64,000 nt of DNA, taken from the NCBI GenBank assembly GCA_036172245.1, contig JAYWIR010000027.1, forward strand, positions 310,001 to 374,000, given 5' to 3'. The translations under genes were made by a program, and so were the position numbers. The stretch is from Raillietiella orientalis (taxonomy: Eukaryota). Position 1 is the first letter of the stretch; each line of letters starts with the position of its first letter. Below the pieces are notes generated by a model. The model searched no databases. It was not told the DNA's origin and was given only the letters and a program-made list of their open reading frames with translations. This document shows, piece by piece, positions 13,078 through 26,100 of this stretch.

Positions 13078-13420
13078 TACGAGGGCCGATGTGCACTCTC
13101 ACGGTTTCCAAAGTGCACGGGGTTCTCAGCGAGTCCGCTCTGGTCTTGCACTGTCTGGGTCCCCCCTAAAGAGAGAAGCAGCGCGCTCGTGAGACGACAC
13201 ACGAAACAAATCGCGTGGGAGTTCGGCACCCCTCCGGATTCTGCGCTCTGAGGCTTCTTCCTTCCGCCGTCGAAGGAACTCCACTCCTTGAATATTTTGT
13301 CTCCTTGAACCATATTTCGCAAAGGATCACCAACACATTCCTGGGGAGATAGTTTCCCGGGGCGACATCACCTACTGACTCGTGGCAAATTCGCGGGAAG
13401 GCCGTCAACGCAGGACTGCA
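13078..13420 (-). mobile_element. Possible decayed mariner N-terminal (HTH) remnant
   Basis: KEWSSFDGGRKKPQSAESGGVP weakly resembles W...F..GR...D..RSGRP, and a TACGAGGG terminus-like motif lies at 13078. Confidence 0.25.
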
Positions 13421-14136
13421 AAGGTTGGGCCGAGTGGGGCTCGATCGCCGTCAGAGACACTGCGCCTTCCGTTCAATGTCAGTTGTGAAGAGCCCCCGTT
13501 TCTGCCTGAGGTGCTTCCTCCCTTGAGTACTTGCAGATTCCAAACGCCTGCCTACGGCTCCTCTTCATCCTGAGCGTTCTATCTGTCTGTTTTTTTCTCT
13601 TTCAATCGGGCATCATTCGTGCTCGAACGAACTGACGCTTACCGGAAGAGCGGTAGCAGGTTGCTTGCCAATCCGGATGCGGGGATAGAGCGGACTCACG
13701 ACGGTCCTTACCCCCCGGGGCAGAGGAAGCGCGGTCGTTCTTGGAATACGGGGAGTCTGGTTGCGACGTCATCACCTTCGCGGGCGCCTTTCGCTCATTC
13801 AGGTTTGCGGTCAGCCTCGTGCCGGAACCCACTGCCTGGAACGACCCTGGAAGGAAAACTCTCCTGGAAGAGAAGATCCTTCGAGTCACGGAATGTCGCC
13901 TCGAAGGCAGAAAAACCGGAATAAATGGGAGCAAATTGGAACACCCGGAGGCGTCGTTCCTTCTACAGCCCGTTCTATGTTTCCTTCGCCATCGTGGCCG
14001 AAGGAGAAAGAAAATTTTCCCGGAGGCAAACGCTGGAACAGATGCCAAGTTAGTTCGAGCGACCCTTCCTCCCCCCTTCCCCCCTTTACAGTGACCACCG
14101 CTCCCCCACACTGGCGCATTCGATCCGCTTGGTGCA

Positions 14137-14166
14137 GTGCCGGTGCGGTACACACCGCACCGGCAC
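14137..14166. repeat. Perfect 13-bp inverted repeat with 4-nt loop
   Basis: GTGCCGGTGCGGT-ACAC-ACCGCACCGGCAC read directly. Confidence 0.95.
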
Positions 14167-14779
14167 ACAGCACCACAGATCGCGACCGAGGAAGAGATTC
14201 TAAAGGCCAACAGCGCCTGAGGGAAGACGCTGTAGGAGCGACTTTTCGCATTCCGGCTCTCTGGGTGCCAGCACTTCCTGAATCTTTGGGCCACCGGAAA
14301 TCCTCCAACTGACCTCAAAAGGAGGTCTTTTGTAGTCAACGGGCTCTGATAAGGGAAAGGTATGAGATGCTTCGCTGAGATGCTGCTCCGGTTCCTTAGA
14401 GGCGAACCACACATTAATTTCTTCTGCCCACAAGGCAGGGGAGGTCGCCCTTGGGAACGTTAACGGAGTCACACTCCAGGAACAAAGCAAGACCAGGTCC
14501 CCGTGGATCCCCGTTCCGAGTGAGAATTCCTAGCACTCCTCCCTCCTTCAAGCACGCCGGCAGCTCCAAAAGGAGGGTTCGGAGTTCTCTGAAGCGAACT
14601 CCGAGAATCCCTCCGTTACCTGGAAGGGGGGGGACAGCCTTCCCGATTGCCGCGGCAAAGAGGAAGCTGCATCTTGCTCCCCGGCCCCGAAAACTCGTTG
14701 GTGGAAATCACCACTTTGTCTATCGTGACCTGGGCGAGCGGAAAGAAGCTTAGAGAGTTCCGCAAAATTATACCTCCGG

Positions 14780-17700
14780 CAGAGTTCTAATGTGGTTTGA
14801 ATATCTGCCTCGCGTTGACGGGGAGTAACTGGCGAAAATCACCGTCATATTACGTGTCGAGCTCACCGAACCCTCGAACGAAATCAGTGCTGATTTCTGT
14901 CAGTCTTGAATTTATAACACGGAAGGTGTCAGAGCCAATTATGCCCACTTCGTCCACGTCGATGGCTTGGACGTTCAAGAAGCCGTTTCTCCGAGTAAGA
15001 CGTCCTTGTATTCTGGACTTTCCGATCTTCAGTGCAGAAGGGACGGTCATACCGTTTATGGTGACAGAGATCTTCCCTTATCAACGGGCAAGCGACGAAT
15101 GCGTTATGCATCGAGCTGTGAGCCTGACTAAAGCAGTCATCGTACGTCTCCATAATTATCTTCAGGGTGAATGTTCTACAGGCTGCATCGGTAAAGATTC
15201 AGAGATTCTCTGAAGCTGTTTTGTATTCTGTCGATTTACCACTTCCCCAAAACGACCTCTCTCTGTTCTTTATCCGTCAGTCTTACAAGCTTGCAGTATT
15301 CTTCTTCTGACGTGATGCTCTTCCGCTTTCGAGAAACAGTCGAAAGGGAACCTACGGATGTTGATGGTTCGATGCAATTCATTCTGCTGCGACTTGTTCG
15401 AGACTTCTGCAACTGCTCTGCTCCGAGCGATCAGCTTTCTTTGCTTGAGCATCCTCTTGTTCGTCCATCTCAACGCACAATGCTCTGTAATGCTCCAATG
15501 TCTTCTCAATATCGATGTCTGACTCGTATCGCTTTCTACGAGGCGCATTTCAAAACAGCCAATCTGATATAAAGAAAGAACGAATGAGAGAAACGAAAAC
15601 GCATCGGTGGTTCCAAACACGTACATGCTCATGTCATTTTTCTACGTAGTCACCATTTTTTCCCAAAGACTTTCGATACCCTGGAACGAGCTTTTTTTTT
15701 TTTTTTGACCCCTCTGCATAAAATGCCTCCGCCTGGGAGTCCAGTCAGTCCAAGAGCACTGCAGTTTTCCACTCCTCACTTTCCCCATCGAATCGTTGAG
15801 CCACTTCTGGAGGTGCAGGAAGACGTGGTAGTCTCTGGGCAGGACTGTAAGGTGGGTGATCAAAAAGTTCCCATTCGGGTTTCTGAATCGCCTAAAATGT
15901 GCGGACAGCATGTGTTGTTGCCAAGGCACGCGTTGTTGTCGTGAAGGAGAAGAGCCATTCCCGATTTCAGCGTTCCACGTCGCCGGTTCCCAATGGCGCG
16001 CCGCAGTTCTGGAAGTGTTTCTACACAGTAGACTAGCGAAGTGACGGTTGTTCCAGACTCCATAAAATCCATCAAACGGATTCAGAAACCCGAATGGGAA
16101 CTTTTTGACCACCCACCTTACAGTCCTGCCCAGAGACTACCACGTCTTCCTGCACCTCCAGAAGTGGCTCAACGATTCGATGGGGAAAGTGAGGAGTGGA
16201 AAACCGCAGTGCTCTTGGACTGACTGGACTCCCAGGCGGAGGCATTTTATGCAGAGGGGTCAAAAAAAAAAAAAAAAGCTCGTTCCAGGGTATCGAAAGT
16301 CTTTGGGAAAAAATGGTGACTACGTAGAAAAATGACATGAGCATGTACGTGTTTGGAACCACCGATGCATTTTCGTTTCTCTCATTCGTTCTTTCTTTAT
16401 ATCAGATTGGGTTTTACTTTTGAAATGGACGTCGTACAATTCATGGTACATGCATCGTATATTTGCAGAAACTTAGCCGAATCTAAAATGTAGACCACCT
16501 CATTTCAACGGCCAGCAAAGCAAAACTCTTTCTCCCTCAGCCAGTTCTGTATTTCGTAATGAATGTATCGAATGATCTTCATCTGTCTTCGAATCTTGCA
16601 TCGCTTCTTGATGATATTGCATTTCGTGACAAAATCTTCCCAACAAACATCCTTTAGATGTTATCCTTCCTTTAGACGATTCCCGTATTTCGGAACGATG
16701 TTTTCATCGCATATGCCAGCCGGATCGTCTCCTACATTCTCTTCGGTCATTCTTTTCTTTCTTTTCCCATTATTTTGTCTTCCACGTAACCAAGCATCGG
16801 AACGTAATTCGCTTCCCTGCTCGCTTCAAGCATAGGTTATCGAAGAGCAAAGACCATGCGGCCTCTTGGGCACTCATCTCACACTGTTTAACTTTTCAAT
16901 GGTAACTTACTTCAAAAGATCAGTATAGTCCTGATCAGGAAGCTATTCTTGCAATTTGATCAACTCTCTATCAACTCTCTGACTTCTGCCTTGATTGCTT
17001 TTGTCAGCGCATTCAACTACGTATGATGCATAAGAATTTCTTTTCCAAGATGAACTGAAAGTCCATATTAGAATTCAATGCAGGAGATATCCAAGGATCA
17101 AATGGATTGGTCCGGAGTTGTCCCATGGCTCTTTTCAGGACTGCGGGTCCAGTCGATCCTGAACGAATGATGCCTAAATACGTTTTCATGGAGATGTCAT
17201 GTTCTCCAAGAAATTGATCGAGTGAGTCGTAGTACTTTCTTTCCGAATCTTCCTTAAACTGTTTAAATTTCTGTTTAAAAATTCCGTACTGGGATGGGTC
17301 CCTGTGAATTCATCAGTGCTGATATTTGCGTTCGTTCCATAAGAGTGGTTGGAAAACGCAGTGGAGGCTGCTTCGACGCGAACATATTTAAAACGAGCCC
17401 ACTTCTCTGTATCCACCAAGTGGATTGCGTTCTTTCTTTTTTATTGTAAGATTCGCATTCAGACATCCGTTCGAGTTAATTAAAATGAGCCGAATCTTCC
17501 TAAACCAACTGTGCTCGCTGAAGAGCCGTCAGCTCTGTCACCGGATCCTCACCTTCTTGATCCGTACTCAAACGACGTGATGTTCTTCAGATGAGACCAT
17601 CCAACTTCGACTGCACTCAGCATGAGACACAGTTGGCTTTCCAAACCGTCTCTTCGGGCATCTTTTTTTTCCCTTTGCTGCCTACAGCGAACGGAGAATT

Positions 17701-19010
17701 CGGAATGTGCTTAAGAAGTGACAAATTTCTGTTCGCTCTCCGTCCGGCAAACTGTTGATCTCCTCCATTCTTCTTGTGAGAATAATTGAACGAGATCTGT
17801 GGAGATTCTGCTTGAATGTTCTCCAACGCACTCGAATGCCGGACATAAACTGTGAGTTATCCTCAGACACAAGAGTTATCCTTCACCTCCATTTGCAATA
17901 CACGATGCAGCGTAATTTCCTTGGAGATTCTTATTTCACTCGTTGCCATCACACACGTGGTAACGCGTGAACCACTTTTTCAACTTTCGAGGATGTCGTG
18001 GGTAAGCAGATGGAAACTAACGGGCTGGCCGCCAACGATGGACATAGGTTGGCTATGTTGTCTTGTTGGTCATGTTATTATGCTGGATGCTGTACAGTGA
18101 ACGAGAGTAAATATCATTGCAAGATATTTATCTTCGTTCTATGGCAGTGTATGCCGTCGAGCCATAAGTAAATCGATATCACCAGTCTGACCCCAACTTC
18201 GTTTGGTGATCGAGTTTCATCCGAAGATGCAGAAGCTAGGAGCTGGAGATCAGCTGTGATTTTGTAGCGTCAGTATAGCAATCAGGTACCTCTACCAAGA
18301 TCTCACTGTTTCCTTCCTAACATATGCCTGCAAATAACTCGATTTATCGATAAGTTTCGTGATATGAGCGTAATCGACGTCCGACACTCGTGGCGATACA
18401 GCAACGAGTGTGTTATTAACGTCTGCTGGAACGCTGATCACTTGTCCCACGATACCGTGGCAGCCTGTTTCATGTCGCAAGCGTCTGATCTGCATGAATC
18501 TTGGGGAAACCGAACGCTCACTTTCAGAGTCCAAGTGATTCGGAGACGGAGGATCTGTGAACCCATTCGTTCTAGACCACAATGTTACGTTTCCTTCACC
18601 TAAACTTCCGAAATAGGTACCGCGCACTAGGAGCGCTGATGCATTCCCAGAGTATCCTGAAAAAAATTCCACAAGCAAAACAGCTAGATGACTAGGCTTT
18701 GGTGTTCTGAGACCACTCCTAAAGCAGTCTCTCACTACACACGTGCCCACACGGATTATTTATGAACTTTGTCGCAAAGAGCTTGTCTGCGGATGCATAA
18801 TTCCTCGCTTAATCTTGTGCTGTTACAAGGTTGAACAAGCACAGTCGATTCTGGTTGGTTGCACGTCTGTATCTTGTACTTTGATTCAATCATTTGTATT
18901 CTTTGTGGTCCCTTGGATGTCGACGGCTGTGCATCCTCGCCTTCTTGTCCCTTATCTTGTTCACGCTTGCGTTTTCGATTGACTGGGTCCATCAGTCTCA
19001 TAGGTTCCGC
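14780..19010 (-). mobile_element. Helentron/Helitron2-type rolling-circle transposon RepHel pseudogene, interrupted by a mariner MITE
   Basis: Domains in order on the minus strand: DUF6570-like NGF..P...ERSVSPRFMQIRRL...GIVGQVISVPADVN (18292-18750); Rep C-terminal LKR...NPFDPWISPALNSNMDFQFIL...SYVVE (~17000-17150); KIIRYIHY (~16560-16580); PIF1 helicase motifs TVPSALKI...DVDEVGIIG...INSRL...FG...GDFRQLLPV (14810-15050). Many stops and frameshifts. Confidence 0.85.
15537..16436. mobile_element. Fold-back mariner-derived MITE (two inverted 3' ends) with TA target duplication
   Basis: Ends are TA-CGAGG...GTCG-TA. Arms 15559-15889 and 16079-16410 are near-perfect inverted copies encoding mariner motifs WELFDHPPYSP, DYHVF and KLVPGYRKSLGKNGDYVEK*. 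The spacer encodes LRRAIGNRRRG..LLHDN on the minus strand. Removing the element restores the host frame MNCRKRYESD. Confidence 0.95.
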
Positions 19011-19479
19011 CGCCGTCTTTGGTACTTTTCGTCTTGCTGATGCTTGCGTTTAGCTCTTTGCCGTGACACTGAAGTGTTTCCGTTGAGGCAGCTCGTCGCG
19101 GCACATCGACTTCGCCCGGCGGCAGCCGGGCAAAAAAGGGCAAACCGATGTGACCCTTCTGAGTGACAGTCTATCCAGAAAGCAACTACTTTGAACTGTA
19201 TAAGACTGGATGCAATGTAAACTGTTTATGCTTCTGTCTACCAAGTTCGGAGGCGTCCAAAGTGTTTACAGTTTTCGTAACGCTCCAATTTCAGCCGGAC
19301 ACCCCGAAAATGGCCGCCGCCATTCGCGTCAAAAGCGGCGGCCTTGGGGTAACCGCCGCTGGCCGTCCAAGCATGCAGGAAGGCGAGTCAGCCGCTGCTG
19401 CGAAGGCTGCTGGTTCCATCGCCGGCACGCACGTATGGCGCGGCAGCAGATCGGCCACTCCCCTCCATGAGTCATGGTG

Positions 19480-20960
19480 TACACCTGAGGGGAAAGCGCC
19501 TGGAAGCGACGCGCTTTCTCCTCGGCCTGTCCTCGTATCCCGGATCGTGAAACGTGCCAATGCAGTTCGGCATCACGGCTCTGGGATACCTCAAGGTCCG
19601 AGGAAAGCCGCCAAGAAGGAAACTCCTCCCATTCTTCGCGGGTGGCCGTGCTGCAGGAGCTACGGCAGTCGAGCCACCTGGGGCAGCCAGAGGCATCCCT
19701 CTTTGGGAAGATCATCCGTGGTGGGATACTGAAGCTGTACTCAATGGACCCAGGAATCGGGGACTGACGCAGGGCGCTCAGTCGTCAAGGAAGGATGAGC
19801 ACCTTCAGCTGCCGACGGCAGCAAAGTGCTTTGAAAGCCTTGAGGGACTTTCGAGTAACAGGTGGAAGAACGCACTCGCCCCTGCTCCAGGTCACCGCGG
19901 AACAGAGCCGCCCTCGTGGAGCTCCAGCTTTTTTTCACACACTCTTTCACTCAAAGCTCGGGTTCATCTGCGGATGCGGAGGTGTGAGGGCTCACCACCG
20001 CGTCTTTCGACTGGAGATGCGGCAGCGACTGCTCCACTCCCTTCTACAACAACCGGTCGCTGCAGGACGTCATTGTGCGGCCCACCACGAGTGCGTGGGC
20101 GCAAAGAACTTCCCTGGTCACAGCACTGCTTCCCTCAGGGAGGAGCATCTGGGCAGTAACCAGCCGGACAAATGGGAAGTCTGTTGCGAAATCGATGAAA
20201 GGGCGAAGGTCACGGATGCTGCGACCCCAAGTGCCCCATCGAAGGGACTATTGCTCTGGGATGAGCTGCTGGGAATCCCTCAGGAAGACCTCGAGTGCCC
20301 CAGAGCTGAAGAACAATCAAGTCCTCCCCCTGAATTGATAGGAGTCGGTACTTCTACTGTTGCACTGGGGTCTCCCGTTCAACGCCCGCCGGCTCCACCG
20401 GACCCGGGGGGTTGTGAACCCGGACTGTTGCAGGTGCGGAGAGCGGGAATCCCAGCTCCCGCACCTGCTCGTAGACTGTGTTGCCCTCCGGCCCCTGCGG
20501 TTGCGTTACGCAACGGCCCATGGTGTACCGACGGACAATCCCAGGGACGTGATGAAGCACCTCTCCGTGCGCGATGCCTTTCGCCAGCAGCTCTTTGCTG
20601 CCTACGTGGAATTGTGGCGGCCTGGAGCTACCCGAGAGGAGGACGGCGCGATAGGGACGCCATCTGCTTCGTCCTGCGCTTCCTGCGGACGGCAGCAAGA
20701 TGACCCCATCTGGGACCCACACTCGGACGGAACTTGCCGGCATCCTGGAAAGGATGCAGAGGACGCCCTCCAGCGGACCGTGATCCCCTCCCGGGTCCTC
20801 CAGAGTGTTTTTTTTTTTTTTTATTGATTTTTATTTTATTTTTATTTTCGCTTGCTCCTCCGCTGCCGAGGCGAACCTCGCCGGTTTGCGTGCAGCTTCC
20901 GAGCATTTGGGGACGATGTAGGGCCGACGGCCCTACACATGAATGTCTGTTATAGACGCT
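19480..20960 (+). mobile_element. L1/Tx1-clade LINE remnant (internally deleted ORF2 plus 3' UTR)
   Basis: GKAPGSD (KAPGPDG-like) near 19490; zf-RVT-like LHWGLPFNARRLH...DCCRCGERESQLPHLLVDC (20360-20485); T-rich 3' UTR and a hairpin at 20917-20937. Confidence 0.7.
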
Positions 20961-23100
20961 TTTTTATAATAGACGCTCCAGAGTTACCGGGTGATGAACT
21001 CTGGGTCCCCACTACCACCTGCTGCCCTCTTGGATGGCAGACAAGGATCGCGTCCTCCAACGACAGCTTGAGGGCCTCCGACCTGATGAAGGCTTTCCGT
21101 TTCCCTGAAGCCTCTGTGAGCGGTTTCGGCGCGTCTTCCGAAGGAACCTCTAAAGCGATAGCAGTTCCACTTTTGTGGAAGGAGGTAGGGAGAAGAAGTG
21201 GATGAAGAGCGGTGAAGTTCAAGAGCTAGGTGACGAGGAGGGTTCACGAATTCTACGAAAAGGGAGAGATCTAATATTTTCACATCACAGAGGATGATGT
21301 TCCCAGCATCGTCTCCGTCATCAGAATGGAGCGGGAGAAGACAGCCCGCCTGCGCTAGCGGCCACACGACTACGATCTCCGTACGTGGCACCGAACATCG
21401 CAGGTTCGAACCCCGCCCGCGAAGAGCCAACGCCGAGAACGGGGAAGGGGGGGGGAGAGGGGGGAACGTCTTAGGTTTCGAGTTCCCTCTTTTCCTCAGG
21501 ATAGCGCTGGCTGGCCTAAATTTAGGCGCTGCATCGGTGGAAGTCGGATGCTCCGTCCCACTGACTGGTCGGGATTGGAAGTCCTTCAAGACCATCAATG
21601 AACCCTTCGAAGTTCCCTCCGGTTGTACAAATGGAGCCGTTCCCCCTCATTTGGGACCCTCCATCGCGTACCCATGGGGAGCGCCCTTTAGAGAAATTGG
21701 GTAGCATACCTTCGTGGTTCTCTTCGAAGACAACCAGGGCGAGGGTTTCCTTCGGGCCTCCCTACCAAGCGTGAGAGGAACGCACTCCTCCTTCCGGAGC
21801 CTTCCTGGATTCTCCTATTTGCCAGGTCGGACGAACTGTCCCAGACAGCAGAAAGGCTCGCTCTTCATCTCCATTCTCAATCCTTCCTTTTCCTCTTTTA
21901 TTATTTTTGTTCCTCCTTCTTCATTCCTCACCCTCTCTTCCTAGTACTACTACTACTACTGGTACCAGCATTGATCCTGCCACACCCCAACGTCAGTCTT
22001 CGACGTCCTCACCTTCGACTGCCTGCTTCCAGTGCAGCTTCATGGTCTGTGGTGAGTCCACCCCACCGTGTGTTTTGGGGTACTGAAAAGAGGGTGGTTC
22101 GGACTCACAAAGTTGGGATGGGGAAGGAGCGTCATCAGTCAGCTTAGGAAGGAGACTTGACTCTCCAATTCTCAAAGTCCCGAAACCGCAGGAGCAGCAC
22201 TTGAAAGGATTTTCGAATACAGGGGAGAGGGAAACGCGCACCACTTCCGGTTCGCAAGCAGGAGAAGCGTCGCCTATGCAAAGGGTGGAGTAAGGAAGAG
22301 TTCCTTCTCCCCTGACTGGAGTTCTGACGCTCCCAGATGGAAGCACTTGCGCTCAGGAGCAATTAGAGCCAGGAGAGATCCCAATTGAACCGCTAGGATT
22401 GCTGACTGGAAGGAAGAGGAGGAGAAACAACAGCAGCAGCGACAGCAGCAGGGCGCCATTTGTCATAAGCCTGCACTCACAACTAGGAATCCTCTCTGTC
22501 ACCATGAACAATCGGCTAGATGCGGAGCAACTCCAGGACTGAAGCCAGGTCTCATGAAAACTTCCCTCTTTTTCTCGCAGCTAATCTCAGCAGCCTGTCA
22601 TTGATTGGCTTAATAAGACAGAATTCGATCATCCCCCATCTACATGCGCATACCCTTCCTCCTTTCCTTCCCCCTCCGCCATCCTCTTTTTGGCAGCGTA
22701 CCCTATCTTGGGCTCTCTCTGGATTACGCACTTCTGCCAACACTTGCTAAATCCTTAGCTCCCGGGGGGTTGGTTGGCTTCCGGCAGTCCTTTTAGCGTC
22801 ATCAGAATACTTCCCCTTCCTCCTAAATGGCTCTGCAAGGCAACATCTCTTGCAGATGAGAGCAAAGCACCAAGTTCAACATTGCCATTCCCTGCCATCC
22901 GCTCCCGCATACGGAGCCACTGCATGGCTTCCTCTTCTTCCTTTGCTCGAAGAGGGCTGAGGACAAAGTTGTCTTCTTTTTCTTCCTGCTCAGGGAAGTC
23001 TGGAGGGCGATGCAAGAGGCAATCTCGTCAGCAGGCCGACAAAGGCACGGGACCCTGGAGAGTGCTTCTCGGGGATTCTTGGAGGGTAGGGAGTTGGACA
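20960..23100 (-). mobile_element. Mosaic of decayed LINE fragments
   Basis: Weak RT-like (QGPVPLS..., EDNFVL...MQWL), Cys-knuckle-like (FKCCSCG) and EN-like peptides. The segment 21705-21812 is similar to 32549-32660 on the opposite strand. Confidence 0.3.
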
Positions 23101-26100
23101 CGTTCAGGAGAGCGAGCTCCTTCGAAACGGGCCGGATCTCCTTCGCAATGAACGCTCAGTGCGCGTTCCCGTGAGACGAAAGCCCTCACCGCTCTCCTTC
23201 GGTCCTCTAGGGAGGCGGGTACTGGGTATCAGGAAGTTCTGTTTACCTTGGAGATAATGACAGCTGAAGGATTCATCAGGAAGATCGAGGCAAAAAAAGG
23301 GAGAGGGAGTTCCTTCTACAGAGAAGCGCTTTCGGTTCTTCTCTGAGAGGGGGAGGCACAGAACTCTGCCGAGCGGGAGAATGCAACGGAAGTTACAGGT
23401 CTTTTAAATGCTCTTGGATACTGCTGGAAGGGAGGGTCTTCTTTTTCGGGGAAACGAAGTCAACAGGCAGGCAGGAAATCTTGTGCGCACCATCAGCACG
23501 CCGCCGTGACCTTCCGTGGACTCGGTCCAGGGACAAAGGGGGAGCGCAGAGAAGAGAATCAGAGCGCAAAAGAGACTTTCCTGGCCGAGGAGGGCGGCAC
23601 GCTTCGGCCACACACTGCTTGCCACCCTCTCTGCTTCCCCTTTTGCTTCCCCGAGCTGTAGGGAACTTGATGATTTTCGAGGGAACACGGGAAAAGGGAA
23701 GAACACTGCGAAGCATCCTCTGAGCACGCTGAGGCTTCTTGCGCGCGCGGCACGCCAGGAAGCCTCGCTTCTTCGTCGCTCCCCTTGTGCGAAAGGACGA
23801 AGCTCTGGAACCCATCTGGAGCTCTCTGCACGCGTTCTTTCCGTTGCTGCGCAGCCCGTAGGCCGCCCGCTGGTGCTGGAAGTAGCAAAGAAACGAGGAG
23901 GGGAAGAAGGGAGGAGTACCCGAAAGTGGAAGGAAAGGCACGCCTCCCGTTCCCATCGGGACTGTAGCCTGGGAAGGGGTCGGTTACGTCGCGGGACAGT
24001 GCGATTGGTGAGCCAGATTCCGTGACCATCACCCTGACGGCCTCCCTGGCAACGTGTCCTGCTAGTAGGGGAGTCTCCCTAAATGGTCCTTTTACGCGCG
24101 GCAACGGAACGATTGGGCAAACCCATCCGCTCTGTCTGCTTGTCCCACGGAGCAGTCGTGAAGTCCCAAAGGATGGAAGGAGGGGGAGCGTGCGCACCTT
24201 GCAGACCTCCCTTCCGAAGCGCAGGAAGGAAGAAGGCTACCACGAAGTCCGCAAAGCGTGGAATCGAGAGTCGGGTCCGCCTGGGAGCGCCTTCCGCTTC
24301 CTGGAAGCCACTTTCCCCTCTCTCGCAGGCCCGCTGGTCAGAGCGCGGATCCAGGGCCCGTTCAAGAAGTCAGAAAGCGTCTTCATCCCTGCCGGCTCTC
24401 CAGGAGGTTCATCGCAAAAGCTCGAAATCGGACCTGTCAGCATTTCACGCCGCATCCCTTCCGGGAAGAGGAGGAAGGTCTTCGCGGACTACAAGCAGAC
24501 GGACAGGAAGGGTTCCCGGGAGGCGGTGCCAACAAACGAATAAAGGGTGGCGGAACCCTCGGCGGAGATCGTTTCGGGGAGATTTCTTGTCGAAAAAGTG
24601 AGAGGAAGTGAGGAAAGCGGGACGTTCTTCGCTCTCTGCCACCGAGCCAGCCTTCGAGGAGTGCTCTCGGCAGATGGAAGCTTCGAGATGGAACCGCGCG
24701 TTCAGGGAACGCCAGCATCGGCGCATTGCCGTAACCTTGCGGTCGCTGTCCGCCTCCGTTCCCTTCCGGGTTCGCCGTCGATCCCCGGAAAAAGAAGTGA
24801 TCTTCTCCCTCGCGCATCCCCTCCGCCGCGCGAACCCGTAGCCGTCGGGTCAGGAGGAACCCGACATGGAGGGCGCTCCCAGGGTTCGGCGGCTGCTGCT
24901 CCCGAGACCGGCGTCCACGATTCGGCCGCATCCTCGCAGCGTCTCGCAGCTTCCGAAACTAAGCACGAGATCCAGCACGCTCGGACTCGGAGCAGCAGGA
25001 ACCGATCTGAACGCAGGAACAAAAGGAAGCGTAAAGAGTGCAACAAGATGGGATGCGGGGGGATGGCGAGGGAGGCAATTAACATGATGACCACGGTTGA
25101 CGGATTCGAACCAAAGCGTTGATTGAAGACACGCGTGACGCGTTAAAGTTCCTATGTAATGATGTGACAGCGGAAATCCGTTTAACAGGTAAAAGATGAT
25201 GGCATTTCCGGCATTTCTATTTCTTTTTTTTTGTATGTGCCGCTTGACCAAGTGGAAACTCATGCACACATCTTGACTTGATTAATGACGGGGTCACGAG
25301 CAACAAGTGTGAAATTGTATCATTTAAGACACACGCGCACATGCACGTTGGATTTGATGACGATGGCAATTAATAAATTAACGCCCATGAAAGAAGCACG
25401 GGAACGACGGGGCTGAATATCGCATCCCTTCCCCTATCCAGTGGCAGAGTTCCGGCCTTGTGTAAGGACAGACCGTTATCGTGGCTACCCGAACTACCTG
25501 GAAAGCGATCGCTGAGGGTCCAGGACTCCCAGTGCTCCTAGAAACAGCCGCCTTTGCGGCGGACAGACTTCGAAATCCGTCCCTTTCGGCGGAGCACCGG
25601 ATGTCTTTCCGTGCGACCTGGTTCTGGTAGGGCACTTCCCCCCCACCCTTCCCTCCTCTGTTCGCGATGGTCCAAACGGGGAGGATTCGTTTTCTGAAGC
25701 ATGCGGAAATTAGTAATGGGGTCCTTCACTTCTGGAACAATAAGCACTTGCTCATTATCCTAAAAGAAAAGAACGTCATTGATTCTCCGAACCGAGCTGC
25801 TCATTTCATTCAGACCATCACTCCAAGAAAAAGAAGTAAATAAATGCGATGTTCACGTGCAGAAAGAGAAGGCAAAAAAAGGAGGGGAAGGAGGAGGGGG
25901 AAGAAAAGGTCTTGCTGTGACTCCAGGAAGAAAATACGCAAGATGCAAAAAAACATCAAGAGGAAACAGTTGGGAGGGGAGGATGCTCGCCTATTTTCTT
26001 TTCTTATCGACAATCCACAGCACGGACCGAGATGATGGATCTTCACCAGGACGAAGCGTTCTGAAACGCACTCTTAACGATTAGGGCGGCGAGCACTTCC

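Noticed and set aside
21400..21420. tRNA T-loop/B-box-like GGTTCGAACCC (a similar one lies near 25100)
   Set aside because: No A-box, D-arm or acceptor stem.
23393..25122. Cluster of overlapping ORFs on both strands
   Set aside because: No homology recognised, and I cannot choose a strand or frame from sequence alone.
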